Positions 1 to 11,651 of a stretch of DNA of 64,000 nucleotides are shown here, piece by piece. A program made the translations under genes and the position numbers. The notes under the pieces were generated by a model. The model saw only the letters and a list, made by a program, of their open reading frames with translations. It had not been told where the DNA came from and did not search any database. The stretch is from Phoronis australis (taxonomy: Eukaryota > Animalia > Phoronida), in NCBI GenBank assembly GCA_002633005.1, contig NMRA01000809.1, forward strand, positions 15,645-79,644, read 5' to 3'. How positions within the stretch are numbered: position 1 is the stretch's first letter; every line of letters starts with the position of its first letter.

Positions 1-659
1 GCACAAAAGTAATTTCATTGGCAAAGTTGCTTATCTTGGGCCAACAAGTGGATTAAAGAACAAAAAACAAGCATGGCCCATAGGTCTTCCAAACTGGCCT
101 TTAGAATTGAGCAGGTGTAGGTCAATTCACCCATACCCGCATTTTACTAAAATGTTTCACGAGGACACAGTCGCTGGGAACATTGCTAAGATTAAGAACT
201 GTTCCCAGACGGGACCCACCTCAAACCGACTAACCTACCGAATTTTCTTTGTGATCTGGAATTCTGGAACTGCATGACTACTTTTCCACGTAAAAAAATG
301 CCATTGAACTGTGGTATTTGGAATTTAATACGAGTCTGCTTTAAACTAAGTCCAATAATTACTTTTAACTGTTTAACATGTTATTGCTTTGCAGTATTTA
401 GGTTGCATATCTTACCAAACCAAGCATCCGCGTTATCGTCATCAATGGGAGCCGTGAAATCTACAAACTTGGGCGCATTAAACTCCCACATACTTTCTCT
501 GATGGGATTAGAATCCATTTTCTTGCCGAATTTTAACTATTTAAAGGTAATTGTTGTCGGAATTTCAATAAAAAAAGTCATAAAATCTATATCTTTACAT
601 ATGAAAAAGAAGGCTGAGAAAACCAAACTCATCTAAAATCAAATATCGCCGCTATTTAA

Positions 660-895
660 ATTTAGACCAATCAGAAAATGATTTACAAAGAACCGTTTCA
701 CATCTTAAACTTTGTGTGATTGGTCAAGTTAAACTGGTTATAAAATATTTTATAAAACTTTACAAAAATTACTTTTGTTCCTTATTTTACTATTTTAAAA
801 CTGATTTTATGAATAAAAAATAATAAAAAAAATGTCAAGATTATGTGTCGCATTATTGTAAAGGTCAAGGTCATACTTCATAAACAAGGTAAACG
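660..895 (+). promoter_or_regulatory. Possible CIAPIN1 promoter and 5' non-coding exon
   Basis: CCAAT at about 667, reverse CCAAT (attgg) at about 719, tataaaa at about 738, donor-like aag|gtaaac at about 889. The first coding exon is preceded by an acceptor, so an upstream UTR exon is implied. Inference only. Confidence 0.3.
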
Positions 896-1705
896 TGATT
901 CGTTTGGCTGTGGCTTTGCCGTCTTATGCTTCTGGTAGGCTAATAACCTCAATTTTCTGCGTGATCCTCGTGTAGAATGACTTATGTAGAATGTGTTGCC
1001 TGTGTTGAGTCTTTTCTCTTCTGTCACTTTTCTAATCTTGGTTCTCAGACTCAGTGATCTGACCGTTCATTTCACTTCACGCTTACATACATGGCTGGCA
1101 AACTTGACAGAACTCAGAAGTGAGAAGTTGACCTTGATGACTTGATGTTCTGGGCAGTTCTCAACAACTGACATTCGGATTAAGTGTAAAATATGTTTAA
1201 GATTTCTGTATTGCGATGTAATTTTAGCTTTTGCTGGTTTGTTTTCTGAGTGTTTTTTGCTGTTGTAGACTAAAAATAGTAATACTAATTGTGAAAATGA
1301 AGTTGCTGAGTCACTGTTTTTAGTAGGCCGTACGTGGCACATCTTATAACCCACTACTGCACTAGACAGTGACAACCATCTCTAGTTGAACTGCAGACAG
1401 TGAAAATTCTATAGGTACTTCATATGCTTCACACTGATTAACACTACGCACAGCAGGTGGTATGATGTCATCCCCGCGTACGTGCTGTGTAAAAATGGCT
1501 AGTTTCCAATTTTGGGAACTGAATGAAGGAAAGCTTGAAGAAAAAAAATTGACAATGGCAATATTTGTTCAAGTTCTAAAGAATTAAACACATCGACGGC
1601 CTCTTAAGGTGTCCCTCTATGTACAAAAGGAACTTATAACAACATGACTTTGAAGTTTTAATCAGTGTGAGGTATAATTTGCCGAAGAACTTCCACCGTA
1701 TGAAG

Positions 1706-1933
1706 CAAAGGCTGATTTAGAGGGGGCCTCCCCCCTTGGCTGCCGCAAGCAAATGAAACAGCGGAATCGTGTTCTCGTTTTTTTTTAGTGCACCGATAGA
1801 TTTTTTGAACAGAAGGTCCACATCCCCGGCCCCCGTAACTTTCGGATCGGCTGTGCGCATACAATCGCGCTGAGCCCAATTCCCCGAGGCAACATATTGG
1901 GCCCCCCTTTATGCTGTCCTAGATCCACCTCTG
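1706..1933. mobile_element. Degenerate non-autonomous DNA transposon
   Basis: Imperfect TIRs caaaggctgatttag / ctagatccacctctg, both flanked by tgaag; GC-rich relative to surroundings. Confidence 0.4.
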
Positions 1934-2046
1934 TGAAGCTCCTCTACTGGCCAGCTAGAGACGGTGGTTGTCTAATAAGCCACATGAACCTGAAGATTTT
2001 GTACAAATAACGCTTCACACAGGCTAAACCACCACTTTGCTACAAA

Positions 2047-2096
2047 CACCTTTTGAGTGTAGAGTGACACCTTTTGAGTGTAGAGTGATACCTTTG
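2047..2096. repeat. 21-bp tandem repeat, about 2.4 copies
   Basis: Unit caccttttgagtgtagagtga; visible as the KVSLYTQ repeat in the ORF track. Confidence 0.85.
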
Positions 2097-2680
2097 AAAG
2101 ACTTAGTTTATATAACTTCATTCCAACTCGACAAATACTCCGGCAATCAAAATTTTTTTCTGAATAGTCCATTATTTGGTTAACAAAATTGAAGACTGAA
2201 TTCCATTACAGTCAATGTGCGCACAGTCAAATGAATCGCACAAAGGATTATGGGGGGGGGAGTGGTCACCCATCTGCCAGCCATGCCGAGAGGAGGCAGC
2301 ACAGATGGGGGACCGATCTATGTTTAGTAAAAGTAGGTCATATTCACTAGGCTGGTGTATAGATTTTAATCAAACTGATTCAGTCATCTGAATTATTTTA
2401 GCTATTGTGGAAAGATTTTACTTTTGCCAGTAACCCAAACTTGATAAAATTTGGTAAATTGTATTGGTTGCATCTCCGTTTTTCATGATTTGCATTGAGA
2501 TGCATTTTACTCTAGACGAGACGAGAGGATGGATCATGCTGCACTTTGTCTCATGAGCTGAGCACGGAACCAGCTTATTCTCATCTGGCAGACTGAACTT
2601 GGTTAAAGTGGATAAAGCACTAACATATGAGGGCCAACTTAGAGTTTAGTCAATAGCAATAGTGACTTGTCTGTTCTTAT

Positions 2681-3099
2681 TGTAGTATGAGATGTTCACT
2701 TACTTAGAGACGTGGTGGGTTGTTAGCAGACGTTTCGACCTGGTCCGCCAGGCCTTTTTCGATGAATGAGGGATTTCCCGCCTTTTGCTGGTTAAGAATG
2801 TTTGAAGACATGGGAGGTAAGTGGAGACCTCGGTCCCGATTCAAGAGGGGGTGCTGAATGCTGATGTTTATTGACTCATCATCATTTAGCGCCCCCTCTT
2901 GAATCGGGACCGAGGCCTCCACTTACCTCCCATGTATTTAAACATTCTTTTCCAGCGAAACGCGGGAAATCCGTCATTCATTGACAAAGACCTGGTGGAC
3001 CAGGTCGAAACGTCTGCAAACAACCCACCATGTCTCTAAGTAAGTGAACATCTCATACTACGATGCCTCTAGAGACGAATGACGAATCTTTTCTCCAGA
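2681..3099 (-). mobile_element. Penelope-like element remnant: inverted pseudo-LTRs, tail, 10-bp TSD
   Basis: About 180-bp inverted arms (2682-3062); TSD ctgttcttat at 2671-2680 and 3100-3109. Minus-strand peptide ESINISIQHPLLNRDRGLHLPP resembles the C-terminus of the Penelope GIY-YIG endonuclease. Hammerhead-like stem plus GAAACGTC in each arm. Confidence 0.82.
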
Positions 3100-3266
3100 C
3101 TGTTCTTATCATGTCTGTCTGTTTCAGAGCTGTGTAAGGAACAAGTTGCCACATTTATCAAGTGTGATTGACCCAATTCCAAAGTTGGTGTAATATGTTA
3201 GTGTAAAATATCACTGTCTGTTGGTATATTGGGGCTTTAGTAAATGTGTTTCCTAAGAATTTCAAT

Positions 3267-3465
3267 CTTCATTGGAAACACAACTAAAAACTTTTTGTTT
3301 GAAAGCTTGATACTGATTCGCTGGTAGTGTAGTACATAGCTGCACACCTGAAGAAAGGAGATTGGTCCAACACTACGAAACAATCATTATCAAGCTTTCA
3401 AACTAAACGTTTAGTCATGTTTTCAATGAAGTTTATGTTAACGAAGGGCTGCTACCAAACTATAC
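3267..3465. mobile_element. Short Penelope-type remnant with degenerate hammerhead
   Basis: Inverted arms at about 3267-3332 and 3368-3431; CTGAAGA (3348) to CGAAAC (3376-3381); about 35-nt tail; near-perfect flanking direct repeat agaatttcaatc / agagtttcaatc. Confidence 0.6.
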
Positions 3466-3956
3466 AGAGTTTCAATCAAGAAACTTTAAAAAAAGTTTGC
3501 AGTTCAGAGTCACTGCGGGTTCAAATACATACCACATTGCTTGACTTTTTATGACTGGCGTCTTTTGTTTGAAGATTAACAGAGATGGGTGTCAGGGCTA
3601 ACTACTGCCTGTTCGTGGCAACATTCTTTCCCACCTATTTGAGTGCAAAAATTATTTAACTACAACAGAAGAAAAAATAAATACAGTGCATTGCAACTGC
3701 TGCATATTCCTTGGTTGATATGTCCCAATCTCTGTTGTGTATTCTGCCTGAGCAACGCAATTGGGTGACTTGACTTTTCTTCGCCAGCACTTACCAGAAT
3801 TATGTTAATAACCCCAGAGAAAGAATTATGTTGGAAACTACGTGGGTCAGATTTGGCAAGTTTTCTGTTCCAGAACCAAGTCTATTATATATGTACGTAC
3901 AAAGACAAGTGTAGTCAGAGAAATTGTAATATGTTATCTAATTTTGTAGACCAACA

Positions 3957-4107
3957 ATGGACCAAGTTGGTAATGGCGACCATGTGATGCTGTTGTGGTC
4001 TGGTGTATCACCACCAGGTGATGTCCAGGCTGTGGTCACTGACCTACAGTCTAAGGTGAAGGACAATGGACGCATACAGCTTGAACACAGCAGTAGACTG
4101 TCTGAGT
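3957..4107 (+). CDS. CIAPIN1: Anamorsin (CIAPIN1/Dre2), first coding exon
   Basis: Acceptor ttttgtag just upstream, ATG at 3957. Translates MDQVGNGDHVMLLWSGVSPPGDVQAVVTDLQSKVKDNGRIQLEHSSRLSE, resembling the anamorsin N-terminus. Donor gtaagt at 4108 (phase 1). Absent from the ORF track. Confidence 0.88.
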
Positions 4108-5155
4108 GTAAGTTTAGAGAGTGACTGTACTATTTATACTTTGTATTTTCATTTTTATAAATGAAATTCATGTGATGGAACCAAACAGTGCAAAGCTAGT
4201 ATACGCCCAGTAGGCATAGATAGGGAAATTTTTCCCAAGCTGCATATTTAAGAAAAAGTATGGGTAGTTGTTGTATCCTGAAACTTCTCCCATTTTCACA
4301 GCAAATGAACAACAAAACAACATTCTCCATCCCAAACTCTTCCTTGCAGTCTCTCACGTAACAGTGTTTTGTACATGTGTTTATTTTGGCTGATGCACCA
4401 CCTGAATAAAATCAAGGAGCAACAATATAAAATACCATTGAGTGAAATTTGACTGATCTGGTACAAAATGGTTGGTGTCGATGTGCATTCACTTTATCAT
4501 CAATTACTTAATTCATGAATGTTATTGAACATAGACAAAAGACACACAAAAAACGCCCTGTTTAAAGCATATATAGACATAAGGAACACCAATATGTGAA
4601 GCTTAGGTACATGTACTTATTCGCAAAACACGTGCAAATTTTTTCGTGAAAAAAACATTGTTACAGATATTGTTACATTTAAAGTTACAGTTAATTGGAT
4701 CACATTGACAACCAGTTGGCTGCTCTTCGTTAAATTCACACACTGCCAGTTGGCGATGCTTAGTTACTCAGTTAATTTGAACACCCATCAACTACAAAGT
4801 GTTATATTCAGTTCATGTTACACACCCTAGTTATCAGGAAAATATATTAATTTATTTTGTAGAGGATGCACATCACTTCCTGTTGATCTGCAAGGGATAT
4901 TATGAACTTAGGTCACGTTTATGAAAGAAATTCAGTGGAAGCACCCAACTTAAGAATCCTGTATATGCCTGTTAGCTAATGTAGATATGTCTGTTATTAA
5001 ATATGTGTATTCTGCCCTTAATAGAAGAGAACAACTCTTAAATGGGATGACTGCGTGTGCAAATGTGCCTAATTTATGTTGATTTTGTGCCAAACAAATG
5101 GTGAGTTGTCGTAAATATTTTAAAACTTGGATTTTGTTTTGTTTTGCTATTTCAG

Positions 5156-5355
5156 CTGGACATGCCACTTGTACATTTACCACGGTCTTGTCAGGATTTC
5201 TTGGTGCGGAATCTGTTGAGCACAGCGAAGACATCCTTGCCGAAATTGCTCGGGTTTTGAAACCAAAAGGCAAAGTGGTTGTTAGAACGTCGAAAAGTGA
5301 AGAACAGAAGCTGTTGTCAAAGCTGAGACTGGCTGGCTTTGTGGATGTGTCCGCG
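5156..5355 (+). CDS. CIAPIN1: Anamorsin exon, SAM-methyltransferase-like domain
   Basis: Acceptor tttcag, phase matches the previous exon (T+CT=Ser). Encodes ...VLSGFLGAESVEHSEDILAEIARVLKPKGKVVV...LRLAGFVDVSA; HS-x-ILAEIAR-x-LKP-x-G is typical of anamorsin. Donor gtaagc at 5356. Confidence 0.92.
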
Positions 5356-6249
5356 GTAAGCATTGTTGTACCAATTCCCATGCTAAATTAAACGATTCTG
5401 GTTATTATGTATAAAAGATACCATGTTAAAGGAATGCAAAAGAATTTTGAATCATTGCTTCTGGAACTGTTAAGGCAATATTTTTTCAAACGCGACTTTC
5501 TTATTTAGTCTCAAAGTGATTGGATGGAGCCGCACGTTTTTTATATCCACTTATAAGGCCATAAAGAAGGATTTGTAAAAAATCTTTACCTTGCCCTAAA
5601 ATATTTACAGTTATGTATTACTTTTTCGTTTGCTCATACGGTGGTTTCTCAATTAGCATTTTTCCCATGTGGAAGTTTGACCTTTTGCGTTACATCCTGT
5701 CTTCTAGCAAGTAATTTCTGCATATTTTCACCATTAATACAAGGAAGCAGATTGCATGCATCCTATTTAAGATTTCTGCTGAGCTTTTGATGAAAATTCA
5801 GAAGCACCGTTAGTTTTGTGTGGTCGGGTTGCAATGGACAGATGTGACACAAATTCAAACGTCCAGGCTTCAATTTTAGAATTTGAGACAAGACTTTCAC
5901 CAGCAAAATGCTTTAGCTAATACTTTTTCTATTTTGGGTGTTTATTATTAGTTGCTTGTTGGAAGATTAATTTTTCTTGTAAATGTTATGCTTATTGTAG
6001 CTCTGATTCATTAGCAAAAGCTACTGTCATAAAGCTTCTCTTAGAAACTGTCCATAGAGTTGATGCTTGGCAAAAGCAATTTTTTACTGCTTGTCATTGT
6101 TGGGTTTATTAGGGTAAAAACTGTTAGTTGTCTAACTGAGGTTATGTCTGAGCGTGCGACCACGAAATTTTGCTCAAAACTTGACTCGGAATCTGACCAA
6201 TTCTGTAGAATGCTTCTAGTGATCTTTTGAATTTAAATCAATGTGATTG

Positions 6250-6809
6250 TTATGCGCCCACATATTTATATGTGGACGCATTATGCCGTCATCTTTGTCC
6301 GTCCGTCCGTCCGTCCGTCCGTGCGTCCGGGCGGCGTCCGTCCGGCGTCTGGCGTCCGGCGTCCGCTGCTCTATCTCCAAAACCCTTTGACATACGTTCA
6401 TGAAATTTGGCACATATGTTCCATTCATGAATGGGACGGCATGTGTGAACTTTCGGACGGATCCGACTACCCGTGTGCCCCCTAGTGGCAATTTTAGTTT
6501 TTTACGCTTACCTTTGTATCTTCAAAAGTCCTGAATGGATTTTCATGAAATTTGGCATGTAGGCACCTAGTAGCGAGATGACGCTATCCTGCCGTTTTCG
6601 GTTGGATTCAACATAGTTTGTGCCACCTAGTGGCCATTTTTAGTGTTTTCGAGTCTGTTTTTGTGCTTCCACCCCTCTATCAACCAAACCGCTCAAAGGA
6701 TGATTGTGAAAATTGGCATGTATATGCTTACTATGTAGAGGACGGTTGACGATGATTTTCCGATGATTTCGACTACTGTGGCGCCTCCTAGTGGCAGTTT
6801 TGTTTTTTT
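6250..6809 (+). mobile_element. Helentron-associated (DINE-1/HINE-like) element, truncated by gap
   Basis: 5' subterminal repeat atgcgcccac with adjacent palindrome, (GTCC)n microsatellite at about 6297-6321, then recurring cctagtggc / aaatttggca subunits. Confidence 0.72.
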
Positions 6810-7266
6810 NNNNNNNNNNNNNNNNNNNNNNNNNNNNNNNNNNNNNNNNNNNNNNNNNNNNNNNNNNNNNNNNNNNNNNNNNNNNNNNNNNNNNNNNNNN
6901 NNNNNNNNNNNNNNNNNNNNNNNNNNNNNNNNNNNNNNNNNNNNNNNNNNNNNNNNNNNNNNNNNNNNNNNNNNNNNNNNNNNNNNNNNNNNNNNNNNNN
7001 NNNNNNNNNNNNNNNNNNNNNNNNNNNNNNNNNNNNNNNNNNNNNNNNNNNNNNNNNNNNNNNNNNNNNNNNNNNNNNNNNNNNNNNNNNNNNNNNNNNN
7101 NNNNNNNNNNNNNNNNNNNNNNNNNNNNNNNNNNNNNNNNNNNNNNNNNNNNNNNNNNNNNNNNNNNNNNNNNNNNNNNNNNNNNNNNNNNNNNNNNNNN
7201 NNNNNNNNNNNNNNNNNNNNNNNNNNNNNNNNNNNNNNNNNNNNNNNNNNNNNNNNNNNNNNNNNN
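6810..7266. other. Assembly gap (run of N)
   Basis: Directly visible. Confidence 1.
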
Positions 7267-7455
7267 AATGGTTTACTTCTGGAGATTTGAAATGTGTTCT
7301 CCCATTGTAAGGTTTACCCCTTCATTTCTACTCTATGTCAGGGATTTCTGGCTGACAATTGACTGTCTTTTATACATTGAAAATTCCATATCCGAAGCCT
7401 GTTGAGTTGGTAAGTTTGCTTTAATTGTTATTATTTGTCTTTGTGAAATGTTTAG

Positions 7456-7574
7456 ACTGTGGTCCGGGTAAAAAGAAAAAGGCATGCAAAAACTGCACTT
7501 GTGGCTTGGCTGAAGAGGAGCAGGCGGGGTCAAAGAAAGCTCAATCAGAGGAACCCAAGTCTGCCTGTGGAAAC
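7456..7574 (+). CDS. CIAPIN1: Anamorsin exon with Fe-S motif 1 (CX8CX2CXC)
   Basis: Acceptor tttag, donor gtgagt. Encodes [39 protein letters not shown]. Confidence 0.95.
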
Positions 7575-8177
7575 GTGAGTCTGTCACTAGTTGAACTGTA
7601 ATGTATCTGTAGTACTGGGTTCCATTTGCAAAAACTTCTTATTTGCATAGGTTTAAATTTATGTTTACCTTGAAAAACGTATTTTCTTGTTGCATGCGAT
7701 TATAATGCTCTTGTTGGTGGTGGTTTGCGTGTACATTCATTTAATAAACAAACCATTTTTATCACTAAGAATCTGAGTTTTGAATGACATTGTCATAAGT
7801 TTCCATTGCATTTCAAATGTGGCGCATGTGATTGATTTAATTTAATTTTGCACACAAATAAATCACATAATAAGACAAGGTCAATTTTCTTGTTTTATAC
7901 TGTTATTCAGTGCTTGGAATGGAGCTTGTAGGTCTTATTATGGATTAATAAGCAGTTTTATGCTTATATTCTTACTTTGATGTTCGTTGTTTTTGACCTT
8001 CCAAAAACGGCTCTCGGTATAGCTTTAATTGCTGCACGCATTGTTTAACACTGGCAAAGTGAGCTGCAATGAAATTTGTCATCGTTGTCTTTTAGCATAA
8101 AAGTCATTTGAAGCTGGGCTCTGATATTGAAAGTAGTTTTTGTGATGCCAAAAATTCAGCATCAAAAAAGTTCCTTT

Positions 8178-9912
8178 TTATGCACCCACATATTTATATA
8201 TGAGTGCATATTGTCGTCTTCTCTGTCCGGTCATCCAGCGTCAGCAGCTGTATGTCCTAAATCCCTTGCAGGATCTTGTTGGAAATTTGGCAGATGTGTT
8301 CCTGTGCAGCTGACAACAGATGAGGAAGAGTTTCGGACTGTTTCGAATACTGCTGTGCCCCCTAGTGGCAATTTTAGTTTTGTATGTTCGCCTCCATATC
8401 TTTGGCATTCCTTGATGGATTTTCATGAAATTTGACAAATAGGTTTTCATTAAAAACACGATGCCATTCCATATGCGGACAGATTCAACGGATTTTACAC
8501 CAGCATTTTTGTTATTTTTGCATCCCGTTTTCTAGCGTCCATCTCTCTATCTGCCATACCGCTTGAGAGATCATTACGAAAAATTACAGATGTGTTCCTG
8601 ATGAGAAGGCCACGACTGATGTTGATTTTCAAACAAGTCTGACTGCAGTGTCGCCCCCTATTAGCATTTTTGCGTCTGCAGCGGTATCTCCTTAACCCTT
8701 TAAAGAAACTTTGTGAATTTTGAAAGATGTTTTCCTACGGAGCAGACGACAAATGGCAATGAATGTCTAACTGATCCAACCGCTGTAGCAAAAAATTTTT
8801 CTTACATTTTTGCCTCTAGTCTGTATCTTAGGAGTTCATTAATTTTATGCATTTTCAAGAAATTTGGCAAATAGGTTTCGATTAAGGAGACGACAAGGTC
8901 TTCCCATTTTCGAACACATTTGATTATTCTGAGCCGTGTAGTGGCCATTTTTTGTCATGTTTGTGTCCGTTTTCTTGTGACTGCCTCCCTACCTGCCATA
9001 CCGCATAATGGATCAGTATAAAAATATACAGATTTGTTCCCAATAAGAAGACAACGACTGACGTTGACTTTCAGGTGAGTCTGACTACTGTGTCATCTTT
9101 TAGTCGCAATTTTGTTTTTTTTTTTACTTCTGCAGCTGAATCTCCTTAACACTTTGAAGGAACTTTGTGAAATTCGAAAGATTTGTTCCTGTGGAGCAGA
9201 GGACAAATGGTAACAAGCGTCGAACTGATCCAAATACCACTGTGCCCCCTTGTGGCAAAATGTTCTTACGTATTCGTTAATGTATTTTAATGAAATTCGA
9301 CAAATAGGTTTCTATTAAGGAAATGACAATGCCTTCCCATTTTTGGACAGATTGGATGTTTTTTGTGCCACCTGGTGACTATCCAAAAAATTTTGTGTAT
9401 GGTTTTAACATCCGCCCCTCTTTCTGGCAAACCACTCAAAGGATCCTTATGAAAATGAACGGTTGTGTTCCCGAAGCAAAGACCCTGGCCGACGTTGATT
9501 TTCTAATGTTTTGGGCTATTCCGGTACCCCCTAGGGTCAATTTTACTTTTTTTGCATCTACAGCTATATCTCCTAAACCCTTTAAAGGGTCTTTGCAAAA
9601 TTTGGCAGATGGGCTTCTATAGACATGGCAACAGATGACAAGTTTCAGACCAATCAAAATATAGCTGCGCCCCCTAGTGTCAGTTGTTTTTTTCTGTTTG
9701 CCTCTAAATCTTAGGGAGTTCCTTGGCTTGTTTTCATGAAATTTGGCAAATAGTTTGTATAACTGAGATAGCGCCACATTCTCAATGTGGACGGGTTTGA
9801 TGCATTCTGCACCATCTTATAGCCATTTTTGAGATACCAAAAATACCCCTAGAAGCACACCGTTTGCGGTGCTGTTGTGGGTGCATTTCAATGCTCTGCG
9901 TTGCTCTTGTTT
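8178..9912 (+). mobile_element. Full-length HINE/DINE-1-like element with internal tandem subunits
   Basis: Sub-TIRs atgcacccac (8180-8189) and gtgggtgcat (9877-9886), 3' hairpin followed by ctcttgttt, T-rich insertion site; same family as the copies at 6250, 16597 and 44416. Confidence 0.75.
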
Positions 9913-10294
9913 GGTCTGTCAGATATGGTACGTTGTCAGTTTTAGCAAAACAGCTTCTAGTTAAATTTGCTTCAACTAGTTCCAGTGTATAAATTTGAAT
10001 CGCCAAATTTACCTGTCCCGTAAATTTTCTGGTTAGATACAGTCGGCGGGTTCATTTTTTGGAAATGACTAAAAAATTTATGGAGATTGATGTAGACTTT
10101 GAGACAAGTTTTTACTTTCAGAATTATACACTTTTATAGACAGTGTTAATTTCTATAAATTTGTGTAGGTATTTGACTCAATGCACTGAATTGCTGTTAA
10201 GGTCCTGAATAACCATGTCTCTGTATGCAGCTTTGAAAATGTGTTTGTGCTCTTACTACTGCAATGTAATATAATCCATTCCATTTGTTTACAG

Positions 10295-10408
10295 TGTTAC
10301 CTAGGCGACGCATTCAGGTGTGCCAGTTGCCCTTACCTGGGCATGCCAGCCTTCAAGCCGGGTGAAAAGATCCAACTCACCAACAGACAGCTAAATGCAG
10401 ACGCCTAG
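10295..10408 (+). CDS. CIAPIN1: Anamorsin last coding exon, completing Fe-S motif 2 (CX2CX7CX2C)
   Basis: Acceptor tttacag. Encodes [37 protein letters not shown]-stop, the highly conserved CIAPIN1/Dre2 C-terminus. Confidence 0.96.
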   Translation, partial: CYLGDAFRCASCPYLGMPAFKPGEKIQLTNRQLNADA

Positions 10409-10931
10409 TGTTATCTTGATTAAACCATTTGGGATGGGGTATACCAGCGTTTGTCCTTATTGATACATAAATTCCTATCTCCGTGGACATCATAATTGTT
10501 TAATGGCTGCCATGTTGGTACAGTACAAAAGTAATCATACAAAATGCCGTTTTCACCGTTGTGACGCGTTTTGTTCTGTTAACAGCAAAAATAGTTGGCG
10601 ATAACCATCCGGGTGGCAAATTTCTAATTGCATAATGACTCAAGACACGTTAGTGTCCTATTCAATTTCATTCTCAGTCAGGAGGGAAGATTACAGCTTC
10701 TGCCTAGACATTGTGACGGGGAATTCTGGGTCATTTTGTCCGATTACTTAAGGATTTTACTGTAGTTTGGTTTTACTATTTCTTGTTGCCCGTTTCGACT
10801 GCTGTTCACATTTCTGTTAACTCCTTTAATTTCCTGTTAAGCTGTGGAATTTAATTAACATTGCGTTCCCCACAACTTTTCACCAGCTATTTTTCGCCAA
10901 TTTTATGTTGTCTAAAGATGTATTCAACTGT

Positions 10932-10937
10932 AATAAA
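10932..10937 (+). terminator. Candidate polyadenylation signal for CIAPIN1
   Basis: AATAAA about 520 nt after the stop; repeated at 11342 in the duplicated segment. Confidence 0.4.
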
Positions 10938-11156
10938 ACAACAGAAATCTTAATCTATTTCTCTCAGAGGTTATGTTTTAATAAGTCAAACACCTGTGAA
11001 TATTAGTTTTCTTGAAAGGCAACTAGTTGCATCGTTAAAATCATGAATAACTAGTTTAGGAAATTTAGTTAGAAGTAGGTATTGACAAAAATGCAGTTAT
11101 GTCAATACACGCAAACAGTTGTTCACAGGCGTTTCCCAGGAGTTGACTGCTGAAAT

Positions 11157-11198
11157 TGTGTGTGTGTGTGTTTGTTTGTTTGTGTGTTTGTTTGTGTT

Positions 11199-11245
<47 letters not shown>
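11157..11245. repeat. (TG)n / (TTTG)n microsatellite
   Basis: Directly visible. Confidence 0.95.
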
Positions 11246-11248
<3 letters not shown>

Positions 11249-11565
11249 TGGATGGGTGGGTGGCAATTCCGTTCGACGAGTTGTACATGTTCACNACAAC
11301 TTTTCACCAATTTTATGTTGTCTAAAGATGTATTCAACTGTAATAAAACAACAGAAATCTTAATCTATTTCTCTCAGAGGTTATGTTTTAATAAGTCAAA
11401 CACCTGTGAATATTAGTTTTCTTGAAAGGCAACTAGTTGCATTGTTAAAATCATGAATAACTACTTTAGGAAATTTAGTTAGAAGTAGGTATTGACAAAA
11501 ATGCAGTTATGTCAATACACGCAAACAGTTGTTCACAGGCGTTTCCCAGGAGTTGACTGCTGAAA

Positions 11566-11598
<33 letters not shown>

Positions 11599-11645
11599 CG
11601 TGCGTGACTGGTTGAAGAATGAGCAGACATTGATTAAGTGTTTCT

Positions 11646-11651
11646 TTTATT
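11646..11651 (-). terminator. Candidate polyadenylation signal of the NHE gene (implies about 4 kb 3' UTR)
   Basis: AATAAA on the minus strand. The interval up to the stop at 15707 is poor in recognisable transposons and U-rich on the minus strand. Confidence 0.35.

Larger units (their letters stand above)
10872..11605. repeat. About 290-bp direct duplication either side of a single N, each copy ending in (TG)n
   Basis: 10872 to about 11160 matches 11296 to about 11570, with a 14-nt indel and SNPs; N at 11295. Confidence 0.92.

Noticed and set aside
274-636. 120-aa ORF at the window start
   Set aside because: No recognisable motif; AT-rich, non-coding-like composition.
4950-5381. 143-aa minus-strand ORF
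   Set aside because: Antisense shadow of a CIAPIN1 exon.
6763-7405. Long ORFs of 175 and 204 aa
   Set aside because: Artefacts of translating the N gap.
8127-9777. Similar short ORFs recurring here and at 17181-17955 and 45464-45646, suggesting a gene family
   Set aside because: They are reading frames through the non-coding HINE-like repeat, with no conserved frame between copies.
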